Shown here piece by piece: positions 1-13,514 of a stretch of DNA of 64,000 bases. Each line of letters starts with the position of its first letter. Position 1 is the first letter of the stretch. This stretch comes from the human T2T-CHM13v2.0 reference genome, Homo sapiens. The notes beneath the pieces are model-generated. The model was not told the DNA's origin. It saw nothing but the letters and a program-made list of their open reading frames with translations, and made no database searches. The stretch lies in the NCBI RefSeq assembly GCF_009914755.1, contig NC_060942.1; one strand, given 5' to 3'. The translations under genes and the position numbers were made by a program.

Positions 1-305
1 GCGGCTTCTGCTTCTGAGGAGGCCTCAGGAAACTTCTAGTCATGGTGGAGGGCAAAGGGGGAGCAGATGCCTCACGTGGTGGGAACAGGAGCAAGAGAGA
101 GCGAAGGGGCAGTGCTACACTCTTTTTAACAGCTAGATCTCATGAGAACTCTTATCATGGGAACAGTGTCATGGGGATGGTGCTAAACCATTCATGAAGG
201 ACCCACCCTCATGATCCAGTCGCTTCCCACCAGGTTCCACCTCCAACACTGGAGATTACAATTTGACATGGGATTTGCCGGGGGACACAGATCCAAACCA
301 TATCA
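1..305 (-). mobile_element. MaLR LTR, MST family (MSTA/MSTB-like), cut by window start
   Basis: Ends ...GGGGACACAGATCCAAACCATATCA, the reverse complement of the MST terminus TGATATGGTTTGGATCTGTGTCCCC; internal GGTGCTAAACCATTCATGA motif typical of MSTB. Confidence 0.85.
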
Positions 306-1206
306 AGTATGTTGTATGCGTATACCCCACTTGTGTGAGGATTTTGATCTTTTTATGGATGCTGTTAATTCTTGGGTGTTTACATGTTTGGAACACATGA
401 AAAAAGAGTATGATGTTATTTTGTTGATTTCTTTAGACTTTTTAGGACCTTGATACTGGATATATAAGTAAGGAAATGATTGAAGGTTTGTGGTCATCTT
501 ATAGGGTGAAAAATGGAGCCAGCTTTAGAAGCACAGTGGCTTGAGTCCATGTTTTTATTTTTATAGTTTAAAAAATCATTTATTTGTGACAAAACAATTC
601 TCATTTATTTGAACCATCACTAAAGTATGGGCTACTTTTTGGGAAATAGCTTTCTGATTTGGATCATAGATAAAGTGCCCCAGGAAACTTAGGAACCCTT
701 TCATTTTAGAACAAAAAGACTCAATATTTTTTCCTGGATAACAAGCATAAGCAAATACCATCCTTAAGCACACTAAGATGTGTCATTACCCTAGTCCTCG
801 GGATCAGCAGGTGTGTGCCAATACATTTCATTTTGTTAATGGCCCCTAGTGTCTTCAGTTGAGTTGTTGTCAGTGCTAGTACTGAAAGCCATTGAGCCTG
901 TTCCCTGTATTGTTGACAGCTGGAGGCACATGATACGAAAGCGCTGTTGTACAAAATAGGGTTCTTTGAATTATTAGCTCTGTTTGGATTGTCAGCTCTG
1001 TATATACGTAATGTCCAATTAGTGGTAGTGGTTATTTTTTAAGGATCAAATGTGGTTTTATTATTTTTGAAGTTTTATGACCTATTCAGTTCTTTGTGTT
1101 CACTTCTAAAAAATTTTTGAGGCCTTAACTCTGACATTTTCTAAATTTCTTAAATGTATTGCATTTCATTTATGTCCTCCATCTGACATTTGAAGGTGAC
1201 ATATTT

Positions 1207-1632
<426 letters not shown>

Positions 1633-2294
1633 CATAAAATGGTTGAATATACATTATTTTCTGTTGAGACAGAACAAATGGGGTATCAGTAAGTATAATT
1701 AGGGAATCCCTTTCCCACCTGTTTGTATAATACAGTATTTTATCTATTAAAGGAATTTGAAAAGAAAGGAAGAGAACTATGGACTTAATGGTTATATGAG
1801 TCTTTAAGTGTTTATTGGCCTGGGATGTGTGTGAGAGAGTGAGTGTATTGGGGGATAGGCTTTAAGTACAAGAGAGGTTTATGAAATTGTTCAGATTGAG
1901 TGTTATCAAAGATAAGAAGACATACAAGTGCTTGTTTTTCAGATTATTGACAATTATTAATTAGTAAACATTAAAAGCCACAAAGAATTAGATGGTATTC
2001 ATTTTAAAACAATGTAAGGCTGGCATAAATTTTAATAAAGTATGTACATTTAATAGGTGCATGTAATGCAAGTAGATTATAACTAATTTTGTTTGGGAAA
2101 TACAAAAAGCGAGTTCAGAAACTACTTTTGCTTTAACATAGCTATTATTAGTATTGTTTCTTATGCATTAATGCATTTTTATAAAGTGTTAATGTTTAGA
2201 GCCTAATGCTTTCTGTGTCAGTCATTCCCAATATCATGCAGAAGAAATCAGAGTTCGGTGAGAATCTGAGAATATGTTTCCCATGCCATCTCAG

Positions 2295-2429
2295 GGTATA
2301 ACTCCACCAGGGAATGCTCCGACTGTCACTTCAATGAGCAGCATCAACAACACAGTTGCAACACCTGCCAGTTATCACACGAAGGATGACCCCAGGGGAC
2401 TCAGTGTGTTGAAACAGGAGAAACAGAAG
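2295..2429 (+). CDS. VAPA: VAPA alternatively spliced linker exon (45 aa, long isoform)
   Basis: CAG acceptor 2292-2294, GT donor 2430; 135 nt, phase 0/0; GITPPGNAPTVTSMSSINNTVATPASYHTKDDPRGLSVLKQEKQK matches the long-isoform insert of VAPA. Confidence 0.9.
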
Positions 2430-2718
2430 GTTTGTTATAGGGAGTTAACAGACTTAGGAGTCTACTAGTGTCAATGGTTAAGTTAATGTAGATACCTAGC
2501 AGATAAGTGGTATTGTGAGTATGTTGTATGAAGTAGATAGAATTGAACTATGCCTAAAATTACAATAAAACTACAAAGCACTTAAAAATCATGCATACAA
2601 ACTATTCTGTTCTAAAAAACTTCTGAACTTAACTAAAATCTATATAGTGAGCAGGACAGTATAAGTGTGAACATTATGAAGTTGCTGTAATTTTTTTCTT
2701 TGAGATTTGGGGAATATA

Positions 2719-3036
<318 letters not shown>

Positions 3037-3544
3037 AACCCCACAGTTTTAACAGATTGTTTATACTTTGATTTGGTTTTGCAGATGATATGCATACTAA
3101 GGCTTTAAAAAATTATCTAAATGTTTAATAATTTTTTGTTTTTGTGATTGGGAATTATTTACTTCTGGGAGTCATGATCCTAAAGAAACAGTAAATTGGC
3201 TGTTTAGAGTGGGAAAAAAAAACTTCAGGTAACTTTGTTACTTAAATCCTGTCTCTTAATTCATAGGTTAAGACCTTAATTTTGCCTCTCTCGGTTTATG
3301 ACAGTACTCTTGACTTTAGCCTTTTAACTCCCTTTATGTGCGTTTTTATCCATCACTCCTGTTAGTTGTAAGAATGTAGGCCCACGTTTATGTCTTTTAT
3401 CTCCTTTGTTCTTCCCAAGGCTTCTTTGCAAACTTTTTCTTGTATTTCCAATTCCTAGTTCCCTCTTTTTCTAATTAACCCCCAGTAAAAATACTTGGGA
3501 TATTAGAACTGAAATTCTGATGGTTAAAAAAGAATACAGAAGTA

Positions 3545-4857
3545 CAGTCATGCATCTGTTAAGGATGGGGATATATATTGAGAAATGTGTTGTTAGGTGA
3601 TGTGTTGTATAAACATCATAGAGTGTACTTACAAAAACCTATATATGGTATTGCCTTTTGCTCCTAGGCTACAGACTTGTATAGCCTGTGGCTGTACTAC
3701 AATGGTAAGTATTTGTGTATCGAAACAATCTACACTGAGCTTATTCAACCTGCAGCCTGCGGCCCACACGTGGCCCATGATGGCTTTGAATCCGGCCCAC
3801 CTCAAATTCGTAAACTTTCTTAAAACACTATGAGTTTTTTTTTGTGTGATTTTTTTTTTTTAATAGCTCATTAGTTAGTGTTAGTGTTAGTGTATTTTAT
3901 GTGTGGCCCAAGACAATTTTTCTTCCAGTGAGGCCCAGGGAAGCCAGAAGATTGGACACCCGTGACTATACACAGAAAAGGCGCAGCAAAAATATGGCAT
4001 AAGAGATAAAATTGTATACTTGCATAGGGCACTTACTGTGAATGGATCTTGCAGAACTGGAAGTTGTTTTGGGTGGGTCAGTGAATGAGTGGTGAGTGAA
4101 TGGGAAGGCCTAGGACATTACTGTACACTGTAGACTTTATAAACACTGTACACTTAGGCTACATTTATTAAAATTTTTTTCTTTAATCTTAGCTGTCCGT
4201 AACTTCATAAACTGTAAAATTAAAATTTTTGACATAAAGCACAAGCACAGTGTATAGATAAATAAAAATATCTTTTTAATGTCCTTATTCGCTGCCTTTT
4301 TCTATTTTTTAAATAAGATTTTTAAAAAAACTTCTTTTCTTAAGACTAAGACATAGCACACACATTAGTCTAGGCCTGCACAGGGGCGGGATCATCAGTA
4401 TCACTGCCTTCCACCTCCACATCCTGTCTCACTGTAATGTCTTCAGGGACAGTAACACTCATGGAGCTGACATCTCCTATGTTAACAGTGTCTTCTGGAA
4501 TACCTCCTGAAGGACCTGCTGGAGTCTGACTTAGAGTGTCCTTTTTGTTTTCGTAAGTAGAAGGAGTACACTCTAAAATAAATGATAAAAAGCATAACAC
4601 AGTAAATACATAAACCTGTAACATAGTCATTTATTACCAAGTATTCTGTATTGTACATAAATCATATGTGCAATACTTTTATATGACTGGAGTACAGTAT
4701 GTATATTTACACCAGCATCACCACAAACGTGAATAATGTATTGTGATAAGACCTCACTAGGTAATAGGAATTTTTCAGTGCCATTATTATTGTATGGGAA
4801 CACTATCATATGTATGAATCATTGTTGACCAAAACATCATTATACAGAACATGACTG
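3545..4857. mobile_element. Tigger3-family (GOLEM) non-autonomous DNA transposon, interrupted by MER30
   Basis: Terminal inverted repeats TA|CAGTCATG...CATGACTG; internal ATCATAGAGTGTACTTACA motif. Confidence 0.8.
3736..3964 (-). mobile_element. MER30 (hAT-Charlie MITE) nested in Tigger3
   Basis: GGCCCAGGGAAGCCAGAAGATTGGACACCC and AAATTCGTAAACTTTCTTAAAACA match the MER30 reverse complement. Confidence 0.85.
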
Positions 4858-5946
4858 GACAACTCAGATGGAGGATTACTGCAGATAGGCTAAATAATAT
4901 AGTGGAAACTGGACAAGATTGGTTTATTGTTTTAGTTGATACACACCTTGACCTTCCAGCTTATTCTGAATTGCAGTGTTAAATGTAAGGTTACCATTCA
5001 TCAATTTACTAAGAGTCACAGCATGTTGAATCTCTCTGGTGTGCTTGTTTCATGGTTCTCAGAACAACCAGTCTTTTCTTTCTGGACCAGTTTGAAGCAA
5101 CTCTCAAGAAACAAGCTGTTTTATTGGAGCCAAACCTCACTAATAGAGGTCCTGGATGGAAGCATATACTTAAAGTTACACCTGCTTAATTTTTTCCATC
5201 AGGCTCTTCAGATTGTCACTCCATGCATGACTCAAAGCCCACCCTCCCATCACACTTCCCCCCATTACATATACATATATAGCATAACATATACATATGT
5301 AGCATATGTATATGTAAATAAATTAGATTTTCTTGCACCTGTTATGTATGTTCACTGGTTTGTAAGGGGCCTAGGTAGTATGTGATATAACTTATTGGGC
5401 ACACTTTTGAAATGTGTTTCGGCTTCACTGTATTCTTTGCATTCTATTCTGTTTATGCTCCACATATTGGTTATCATTTCTTCTCCTTTTTGTTACAAAA
5501 GCAGTATAACATTTTTAAGAGAAATTCAACAACAAAAAAATCTAATTCTATTTGCTTAGATAAATTCTAATCTAATTCCAAGTCTAATTCTATTAGAATT
5601 AGAAAAATCTAAATCTAATTCCAATCTAGTTATCTTTTTATGGAATGTCTTCCTATGGACATGTTATTTAAAATTTGAAAGAATGGAAAGCTGCCCATCA
5701 AATGCTTAACAAAAGTGAAATGTTTAATTTTGGCAAGGCATAGAATAGAATATTTAATGACATGTCATTTAATAATAGTAATATAAATAATAGTTTTGTT
5801 GATTTGACAAGATTGTGAGAAATGACTTTTTCCCTTCCCTCCGTAATTTAAAATTTTATGCAATGTAAAGAATTTAAAAATAATCAGTTGTCGAGCTTGA
5901 TGATTCTTTTAGTTTTTTTTCTCTTTGGTGTTGACCCCATGTATAT

Positions 5947-6240
5947 CTTTTTTTCCCCCTTTTGGAGATAGGGTCTCACTCTCACCTGGGCTGGAGTGCA
6001 GTGGCACGATCTCGTCTCATTGCAACCTCCGCTTCCTGGGCTCAAGCCACCTCAGTCTCATGAGTAGCTGAGATTACAGGTGCACACCACCATGCCTGGC
6101 TAATTTCTAAAATTGTTTTTTGTAGAGACAGGGTCTCCCTCTGTTGCTCAGGCTGTTCTTGAACTCCTGGGCTCAAGCAGGCCACCCATCTCGGCCTCCC
6201 AAAGTGTTGGGATTACAGACATCAGACATGGTGCCCTGCT
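5947..6240 (-). mobile_element. AluJ
   Basis: Diverged Alu with CTCCTGGGCTCAAGC diagnostic of AluJ. Confidence 0.85.
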
Positions 6241-7770
6241 TCATCCTCTTTAAGTTTTTATCAGTTTTCTGGTATGAGTATGATACTTTTTCCCAATTTT
6301 TAACCAAAACCTGAAAGTTCTTCTATTGCCATATTGGTGGCCATTGCCACCTCCTTTATAGAGTAAGTCAGTGTGCCAACCTCATTATCAGAAGTTGGAT
6401 TTGTGCTAGGATAGAATTTGACCACACTGAAAATCACAAATGAGTTCTAACTACTATTAAGGAAAAGAACAGGAAAAAGTATTGGCAGGGTGAAATATAT
6501 CTGAAACAGTTTTTTAATAATAGGGGTGGCTATTATTAGATTGGTTGGGGTGGGAGAAATGGGGGTGAAGAACAAAAAAGCTAGCAAGAGAAAAACTCAG
6601 AGAATTGAAGTAGGCTGCTTTAAAACGTTGCTTAACTGGGAAGCTTGAAGAAGAATGGAAGAGTCTGCCGACAGGTCACATACATGCTGTTGTTCATTAG
6701 AACCTCATTATAAATTTTCATTTTTAAATAGATTTTACATGGATTTAGGCATACTAATCAGATCACATCCCCTTCATAAGAATAACAAGTTTTGCCCTTT
6801 GAACAATCTGTTTATACTTAATATAAAATTGGCAGCTGGGATGGTGTGGTAGGTGTGCAGCCTCTGATAAATCTTATAAAATGAGTATTGTGGAATGCCA
6901 TAAAGTTGATTTAGTAAATGTCTTTTTTAGCAGTTTATAGCTGAATAAAGCAGATTTTACCTAAAATTATTTTAAAGTAAGTGAATTTAATTAAAATGAA
7001 AAAAGCTTGTTACACTAATACTGCTACGATGTGTGGTGACATAAATGCTGTTGGAGTGAAGGATGTTGGGGTACTTTAGACAACGGGCTGAAGAATACAT
7101 AGGTGCTGTCATAGATATTTATCTCCAGGCCTTCACTAGCTTCAAATGGTTCAATGTTGGTGAGGATTAAGATTTTGGGGCTCATAGTCTTCAAAGCATG
7201 CTAAGTGCTCCTGTGATGTTGAATCACGTGAATTAAAGCAAACAGCATTACTAAAGATGACAAATTAATAGAAGTTAGCTTTTCTTGGGCATGTTTTTTC
7301 TTAGGTAGTTTCCGATTTTATTGGAATGATTACGATAATATCCCCCTACCCCCCAGAACCTTATTTGAATTGCACAACCAGAGCACGGAAAATGACCTTC
7401 AATGGATTTTGTTGACGTCATTCAGCATACTTTCATTGAATAACTACTCTTGACCAAAGTGCTGGTTTTAGGGGTAAATACAAAGAGAGATGGCTCTTGC
7501 TCTCTCAGCCTTTGAAGTATTACAGGAAAGAACTTGAACAATAATTATTAAGATACATAATAAAGTGCTATGGTAGAGGTACGTGCCAGGGATTATGGGA
7601 ATAGAGGGAGTGGGCTGGTTATTTAGACTAATCTGACTGCTGACATGTACTGATTTAGGCCTTTTAAAGAGTTTTTCATGAACAAAGATGTAGAATTTAT
7701 ATTGTTATTTGTTTAAAACCTGTAAGGAGATTTGGTTAGTTAAAAAATTCCCAATATCTTTGTAATGCAG

Positions 7771-7944
7771 AATGATATGGAACCTAGCAAAGCTGTTCCA
7801 CTGAATGCATCTAAGCAAGATGGACCTATGCCAAAACCACACAGTGTTTCACTTAATGATACCGAAACAAGGAAACTAATGGAAGAGTGTAAAAGACTTC
7901 AGGGAGAAATGATGAAGCTATCAGAAGAAAATCGGCACCTGAGA
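7771..7944 (+). CDS. VAPA: VAPA coiled-coil exon (58 aa)
   Basis: CAG acceptor ends 7770, GTAAGT donor at 7945; [18 protein letters not shown]...[25 protein letters not shown]. Confidence 0.97.
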
Positions 7945-8251
7945 GTAAGTTCTGTTGGTTGAAAATAAATTGATTGAAATGAAGGTATAGGACATGTGAG
8001 TGTTATTAGGCCATTTTAGCAATTAGCTTTTAAATTTTTGCTTGGTCAGTTCTTTCTTCTTTGCCCCAGTGCCTTTGCTCCCCACCCTACTCCTCTTTTA
8101 ACAGTCTTCCCGTGGTTTCTCATTGCTGCAAGTTCCTTACTTTAGCACACATTCTAATTATTTGTGATCTGGCCTGCAGTATTGCCAGCTTCTGCTCTTG
8201 TTTCTCATGTCCTTCCCATTTTGTGCCCTAGTCATACTGAACTGCCTAGGA

Positions 8252-8565
8252 TTGTGTTGTCCCACATCATAGCCATTAGTCACCTAGGGCTGTTGAGCAC
8301 TGAAATGGGATTTGTTCAAATTGAGCTGTGCTGTTGAGTGTAAAATACTGATGTTGAAGAGTTAGTACAGAAAAAGGTAAAATCTTTTTTTTTTAATGGT
8401 TACATACTGAAATAGTAGTTTGGGTATATTGGGTTGAATCAAATATATTATTAAAATGAATTTTACCCATTTCTTTTTACTTTTTAAATGTACTGTTGGA
8501 AAATTTAACTTTACATACGGGGCTCACATTTGAAGCTCACATTGTATTTGCGTGGGGCAGCATTG
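8252..8565 (-). mobile_element. MER33 (hAT-Charlie)
   Basis: TTGAGCAC...TGTGCTG...GTGTAAAATAC and TATATTGGGTT...AAATATATTATTAAAAT match the MER33 reverse complement. Confidence 0.75.
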
Positions 8566-9661
8566 GGCTGGAGTATGCTGGAGAAGCATCTGTTTATCAC
8601 CCCTCTTTGCTTTAGTGTAAGCTCTTCACTGTGACTGGAAAGGCCCAGAACCCTGCCCCTCCCGACACAGCACATACACACATTGACGTTTTGCTACTAC
8701 AGCATATAGCCTTTGCTGGGACCCTCTCCAAAAGAAGAAAAAAATCGATTTGTCATGTCTGCTTTGTGCCTCCACTATGCTGATCGCCTTCTACTGCTCT
8801 TACTTGTTAGAGGCCTTTCTCCCTCTAGTGGGCAGTAATTGCCTTGGTGGCAAGGGCAGTGCTTCATTTATCTCTGCATTCACCATACATGCATGTGGTA
8901 GTCATTCATGTATTTGATTGAATTAAATGGATGGCGAAGGAGGACTGATTTGAATATGTCTGAAATTTATGAATAATTTGTCTTTGACAAGTAATTACTT
9001 GTTTCAAGACCTAAATACCTATACGTTGCTCTCTAGGCTTTGTTTGAAGCTCTTTGCAGCAAAGTAGATGATACAAAAATGTATGTAACTAAAATAAGCT
9101 AAATGATGGGAGTTATTTGATTATTCCTTTTGTTAGGTGTATGTAGGAACTACACTCTAAATTAAAGGCACTGTGTTTTAAGTCGATCTGTGAACTCCTT
9201 TGCTGAAATGCTTTTTAAAGTGAATTTTTGTGTCTCTTCATGCTTGATGTTTCATAGTACCCCCTCGAGGGGTACCCGTCTGCTTCCAAGCACTTGTCTG
9301 GGTAGCGGAAAGAATATCTTTATTTCACACCTACACGCCATGGATCTTTTAAAGGATGTTGTTGGTTACTTTTACTTCATCTGCCATGACTTCCATAGTT
9401 CTGTTCTTTGATAAAGATGTGCTCCTTAGGGTGCTCAATAGATTTCTTTCAAAAGCCACTGTTTACCTCTGGCAGGGAGGGGAGAAGTGGAAACAGTGAG
9501 AATGACATAGATGGGGCAGGGCTGGAAAATAGGAAGAGTGAACCAGGGAAGTAGGTGAGAGAGACTTTATTCCTGGTTTCTACTCTTTTTATGCTAGTGT
9601 TCTGTATGAGATTTTATTTGAGAGATGATTCTGCTGCTGGAAAAGTAAAACAAAAAAGCTG

Positions 9662-9960
9662 GGCTGGGCGGGTGGCTCACACCGGTAATCCCAGCACTTT
9701 GGGAGGCTGAGGCGTGTGGATCACCTGAGGTCAGGAGTTCCAGACCAGCCTGGCCAACGTGGTGAAACCCCGTCTCTATTAAAAATACAAAAATTATCCG
9801 GGTGTGGTGGTGGGTGCCTGTAATCCCAGCTACTTGGGAGGCTGAGGCAGGAGAATCACTTGAACCCAGGAGGCAGAGGTTGCAGTGAGCGAGATCACGC
9901 CATTGTACTCCAGCCTGGGTGACGAGCAAAACATCGTCTCAAAAAAAAAAAAAAAACAAA
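9662..9960 (+). mobile_element. AluS (AluSx-like)
   Basis: GGCTGGGCGGGTGGCTCAC...GGATCACCTGAGGTCAGG...A-tail. Confidence 0.9.
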
Positions 9961-10079
9961 ACCCTTGAAGACCCACTGGCTTACAGAATTTCAGACCCTA
10001 TACACAGGCCCACCATAATTTTTTGCCAGGTTCACTTTCTTGCTCCTGTCTGTTCACTATCCCTTTTAATTCCCCTAGC

Positions 10080-10235
10080 CCTGTGGTTCTTAATTCACAC
10101 TGCATGTGAATCACCTAGTGAGCTTTAAAAAGTTACAGTTGACCAGGCTTGCCCCAGACCTAATGAGTCACAATCACAGGAGTATTAAAAGTTCTGTAGA
10201 TGTTTGTGATGTGTAGCTGAAACTGAGAATTACTG
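10080..10235. mobile_element. MER5A-like hAT MITE
   Basis: TGTGGTTCTTAA...GAATCACCT...TGAGAATTACTG termini. Confidence 0.6.
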
Positions 10236-11149
10236 TTTATATAGGACTAATTAGCATGAGACCAAAAAAACCCAACTCCAGAAAATCCAGTAATGCAAAT
10301 AAAACTGTGCCATTAGGTGTACTCTTTTAGTTAGTGTTTATTTATAAGCACAATAAAGGAATCATGGGAGAAAATATTGCCTTGTACTGAAAAAAGTAAA
10401 AAACTGTCCTGCCATTTATCAGATTGGTTAACAGACAGAGATAAAGACAACTGTGTAGTTAACAGGTATTAGTATTTTTCCCAAGGTTCACATTGCACAC
10501 AGTGTCATAACAACCTCCTGCTTGGAGTGACTTCTGCTTTCTTCTGAGAAACCTTCTGCTCTAAAGACATAGTGCTGTGTGAAGCCATATCAGCAAGAAT
10601 GAAGCAGCCTACTCTTGACTGGAGGATCTAAGTCATTTTGACACAGAGAAGCACCCTCATTTTCCAGTCCAGGTGCAGAGCTTCAGATAAGGGTTTCCTA
10701 TGTACATTTCTCATCTAAATTTGTAGTTTCTGAAGAAACAGTATTCTTTCTCTGCTTTGCAGTCGAGACCTGGTGCTACCACTTTACACACAGCCCTCTG
10801 CTTTGCTTTGAGCATATAAAAACACTGTTACTTAAATTTCACGCTAAACTGTTTCCTTCCCCCAAATTCTGTGATACCATATCTCTGTTTACGGCAAGAA
10901 CACCCTTTTGTGCCTCTGCTGTTCCGGTTCCTTAGTTGCAGTGTGTCAGTAAACCCAAATGGCAGACTACAGGTCTGGGTAGTTTTTGGCTGATTGGGCT
11001 AGGACGGATGTAACTGATTTTAAATACCATGGGCCACCTTGGAAGTACTCTTCTTTAATTATATTTTTAGTGGGATTTAAAAAAAGGTAAATATAGCCTA
11101 TCTAACTTTTGCTTTTTAGGAATACATTTCTCAGCTCCAGTTTTAAAAA

Positions 11150-11362
11150 ATCAGTGTTATTGAGGTATAATTTATATCCCATGGAGACACCCACTGTGAG
11201 TGTACAATTCATTGATACATAGAACTTTGTAACCATCACTATAGTTCAGTTTTAGAATGTCTATCACCCCCGGAAAGTTTCCTTATGTGGTTAGCAGTTA
11301 ATCCCCTTTTCCGTCCCCAGCCATAGGCAACCACTAATCTACTTTCCGTCCCTATAGATTTT
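11150..11362 (-). mobile_element. Old L1M (L1MB-like) 3'-end fragment
   Basis: TTATTGAGGTATAATTTA...CCCAGCCATAGGCAACCACTAATCTACTTTC. Confidence 0.7.
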
Positions 11363-11428
11363 TAGCTCCAGTAGTCTCGTTAGTATGCTTGTTTTTAAAA
11401 ACCTTTTGTGTGTGTGTTTTTTTTCTAG

Positions 11429-11587
11429 GATGAAGGTTTAAGGCTCAGAAAGGTAGCACATTCGGATAAACCTGGATCAACCTCAACTGCATCCTTCAGA
11501 GATAATGTCACCAGTCCTCTTCCTTCACTTCTTGTTGTAATTGCAGCCATTTTCATTGGATTCTTTCTAGGGAAATTCATCTTGTAG
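11429..11587 (+). CDS. VAPA: VAPA terminal coding exon with C-terminal transmembrane tail anchor
   Basis: TTTTCTAG acceptor; [52 protein letters not shown] followed by TAG; GxxxG motif in the TM helix. Confidence 0.98.
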   Translation, partial: DEGLRLRKVAHSDKPGSTSTASFRDNVTSPLPSLLVVIAAIFIGFFLGKFIL

Positions 11588-12171
11588 AGTGAAGCATGCA
11601 GAGTGCTGTTTCTTTTTTTTTTTTTCTCTTGACCAGAAAAAGATTTGTTTACCTACCATTTCATTGGTAGTATGGCCCACGGTGACCATTTTTTTGTGTG
11701 TACAGCGTCATATAGGCTTTGCCTTTAATGATCTCTTACGGTTAGAAAACACAATAAAAACAAACTGTTCGGCTACTGGACAGGTTGTATATTACCAGAT
11801 CATCACTAGCAGATGTCAGTTGCACATTGAGTCCTTTATGAAATTCATAAATAAAGAATTGTTCTTTCTTTGTGGTTTTAATAAGAGTTCAAGAATTGTT
11901 CAGAGTCTTGTAAATGTTATTTTAATAATCCCTTTAAATTTTATCTGTTGCTGTTACCTCTTGAAATATGATTTATTTAGATTGCTAATCCCACTCATTC
12001 AGGAAATGCCAAGAGGTATTCCTTGGGGAAATGGTGCCTCTTACAGTGTAAATTTTTCCTCCTTTACCTTTGCTAATATCATGGCAGAATTTTTCTTATC
12101 CCTTGTGAGGCAGTTGTTGACTGAGTTTTTCATCCTTACAATCCTGTCCCATGGTATTTAACATAAAAAAA

Positions 12172-12225
12172 AATAAAACTGTTAACAGATTCTTGCTCGA
12201 TAGCTTGTTTGTGTCTGTCGTGTTA
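12172..12225 (+). terminator. Proximal polyadenylation signal of VAPA
   Basis: AATAAA 12172-12177 followed ~25 nt later by GU-rich TTGTTTGTGTCTGTCGTG. Confidence 0.65.
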
Positions 12226-13514
12226 TTAGAGGGAACTCCACTATATATGGTCACTTGAAATTATGATGCAAAGGTTTCTCTTGCATTGAAACCCTCTTGG
12301 ATATTACAGTATTTTTAATTGAAAGTCCTAATTCTGTTAAGGAAAGGAGTTGATTAAATTTTAAGGTACCACTGGTATTTTGGGAGATTATAATCAGTTT
12401 GTTTTCAAGATAATAGAAAATAAGGTCCATGAGAATAGAAGTTATGTGATTTCAGTGAGTTGATGTGTACAGCATGGCTGTGCTCCATCTGATTTACCCC
12501 ATTCTTAAGTTCTGAGAGTATGTTCTCAAGGAAGATTTAACTCTCTTTGGTTTTAAATTACTTTTTAACCAGCCTAATAAATAAGTCTTACTACTTTTCA
12601 TAATATTTCATAATAGTTAAAAGTAGGTGTTTTTTTCGTGCTCAATTTGGCACTCAAAATAATGTTCATTATGGAAGTTTGGTAATACTGAGCAAGCCTG
12701 TGGAATTTTCTTTATGAAAAATGATTTTAGCCTTTGCAAATGTTAACCATGTGAAACACATTTTCAGTATAAGTATGCGTTACAGGGTTTGATACTTTCC
12801 TGCACTTAGGTTTGTCCTATTCTTCATTTATTCATACTAGGATAGAAAATTTTGGAATCAGAAAATAGATCCAGTGTTTAGCTACATACAATCTAGTACA
12901 AGTGAATTTTTATTCTTAAACATAGGTGTGTTGGCTCTTTTTTTAAAAGATGCGCTCTACCTGAAAAGGAAATTGGATTTTAGAACTGGATGTGGTGCAG
13001 TGAAGTATTTTAGGCCCAGGTCTGTGTACACATTTTATAGAAGAATGAAGTACTCTGAAGTATTTTGGTTGCCTTTTCATTTCAACTGTGTTTTGAATTT
13101 GTCAGATCACACATATATTGTGTTATTGGGCGCTGTGGTATCTTTTATAAAACCTCTTGCTTGTGTGCAAAAGTTCCTAAAAGGAAACACAAGTAATGCC
13201 TATCCATTACTAGCATGCTATGCTGCATGCTTTACTGCCATTGCTGTATGCTTTACTGTCTTTGTAAAAATCCCCCTCTCCCCTTTTCTGGTAACTGGAA
13301 AAGCATGCTAAAAATAGTCTTATATTTTCACCCCATAAGTGCAGAATCAGTAATTCCTTGGCTTAAAGCTCTTATATAATCAATATTATTGGTGGTAAAT
13401 ACCAAGTTTGGTATCTCATAGCTATCTTTTTTTAAAGAAATTAAGTTCTTGAAAATTTAGCCAAATCCCGTTTTATGGGAATGCTCTTTAGAATTCATTT
13501 TGTTCAGCCCCTTT

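Noticed and set aside
5130-5410. Possible old LTR fragment with AATAAA
   Set aside because: Could not assign a family or termini by eye
9594-9929. Alu-derived ORFs (also 1150-1503, 14314-14534, 19315-19581)
   Set aside because: Typical Alu translation artefacts
12874-13311. 145-aa ORF in the 3'UTR
   Set aside because: UTR-like composition, non-ATG start, no recognisable protein features
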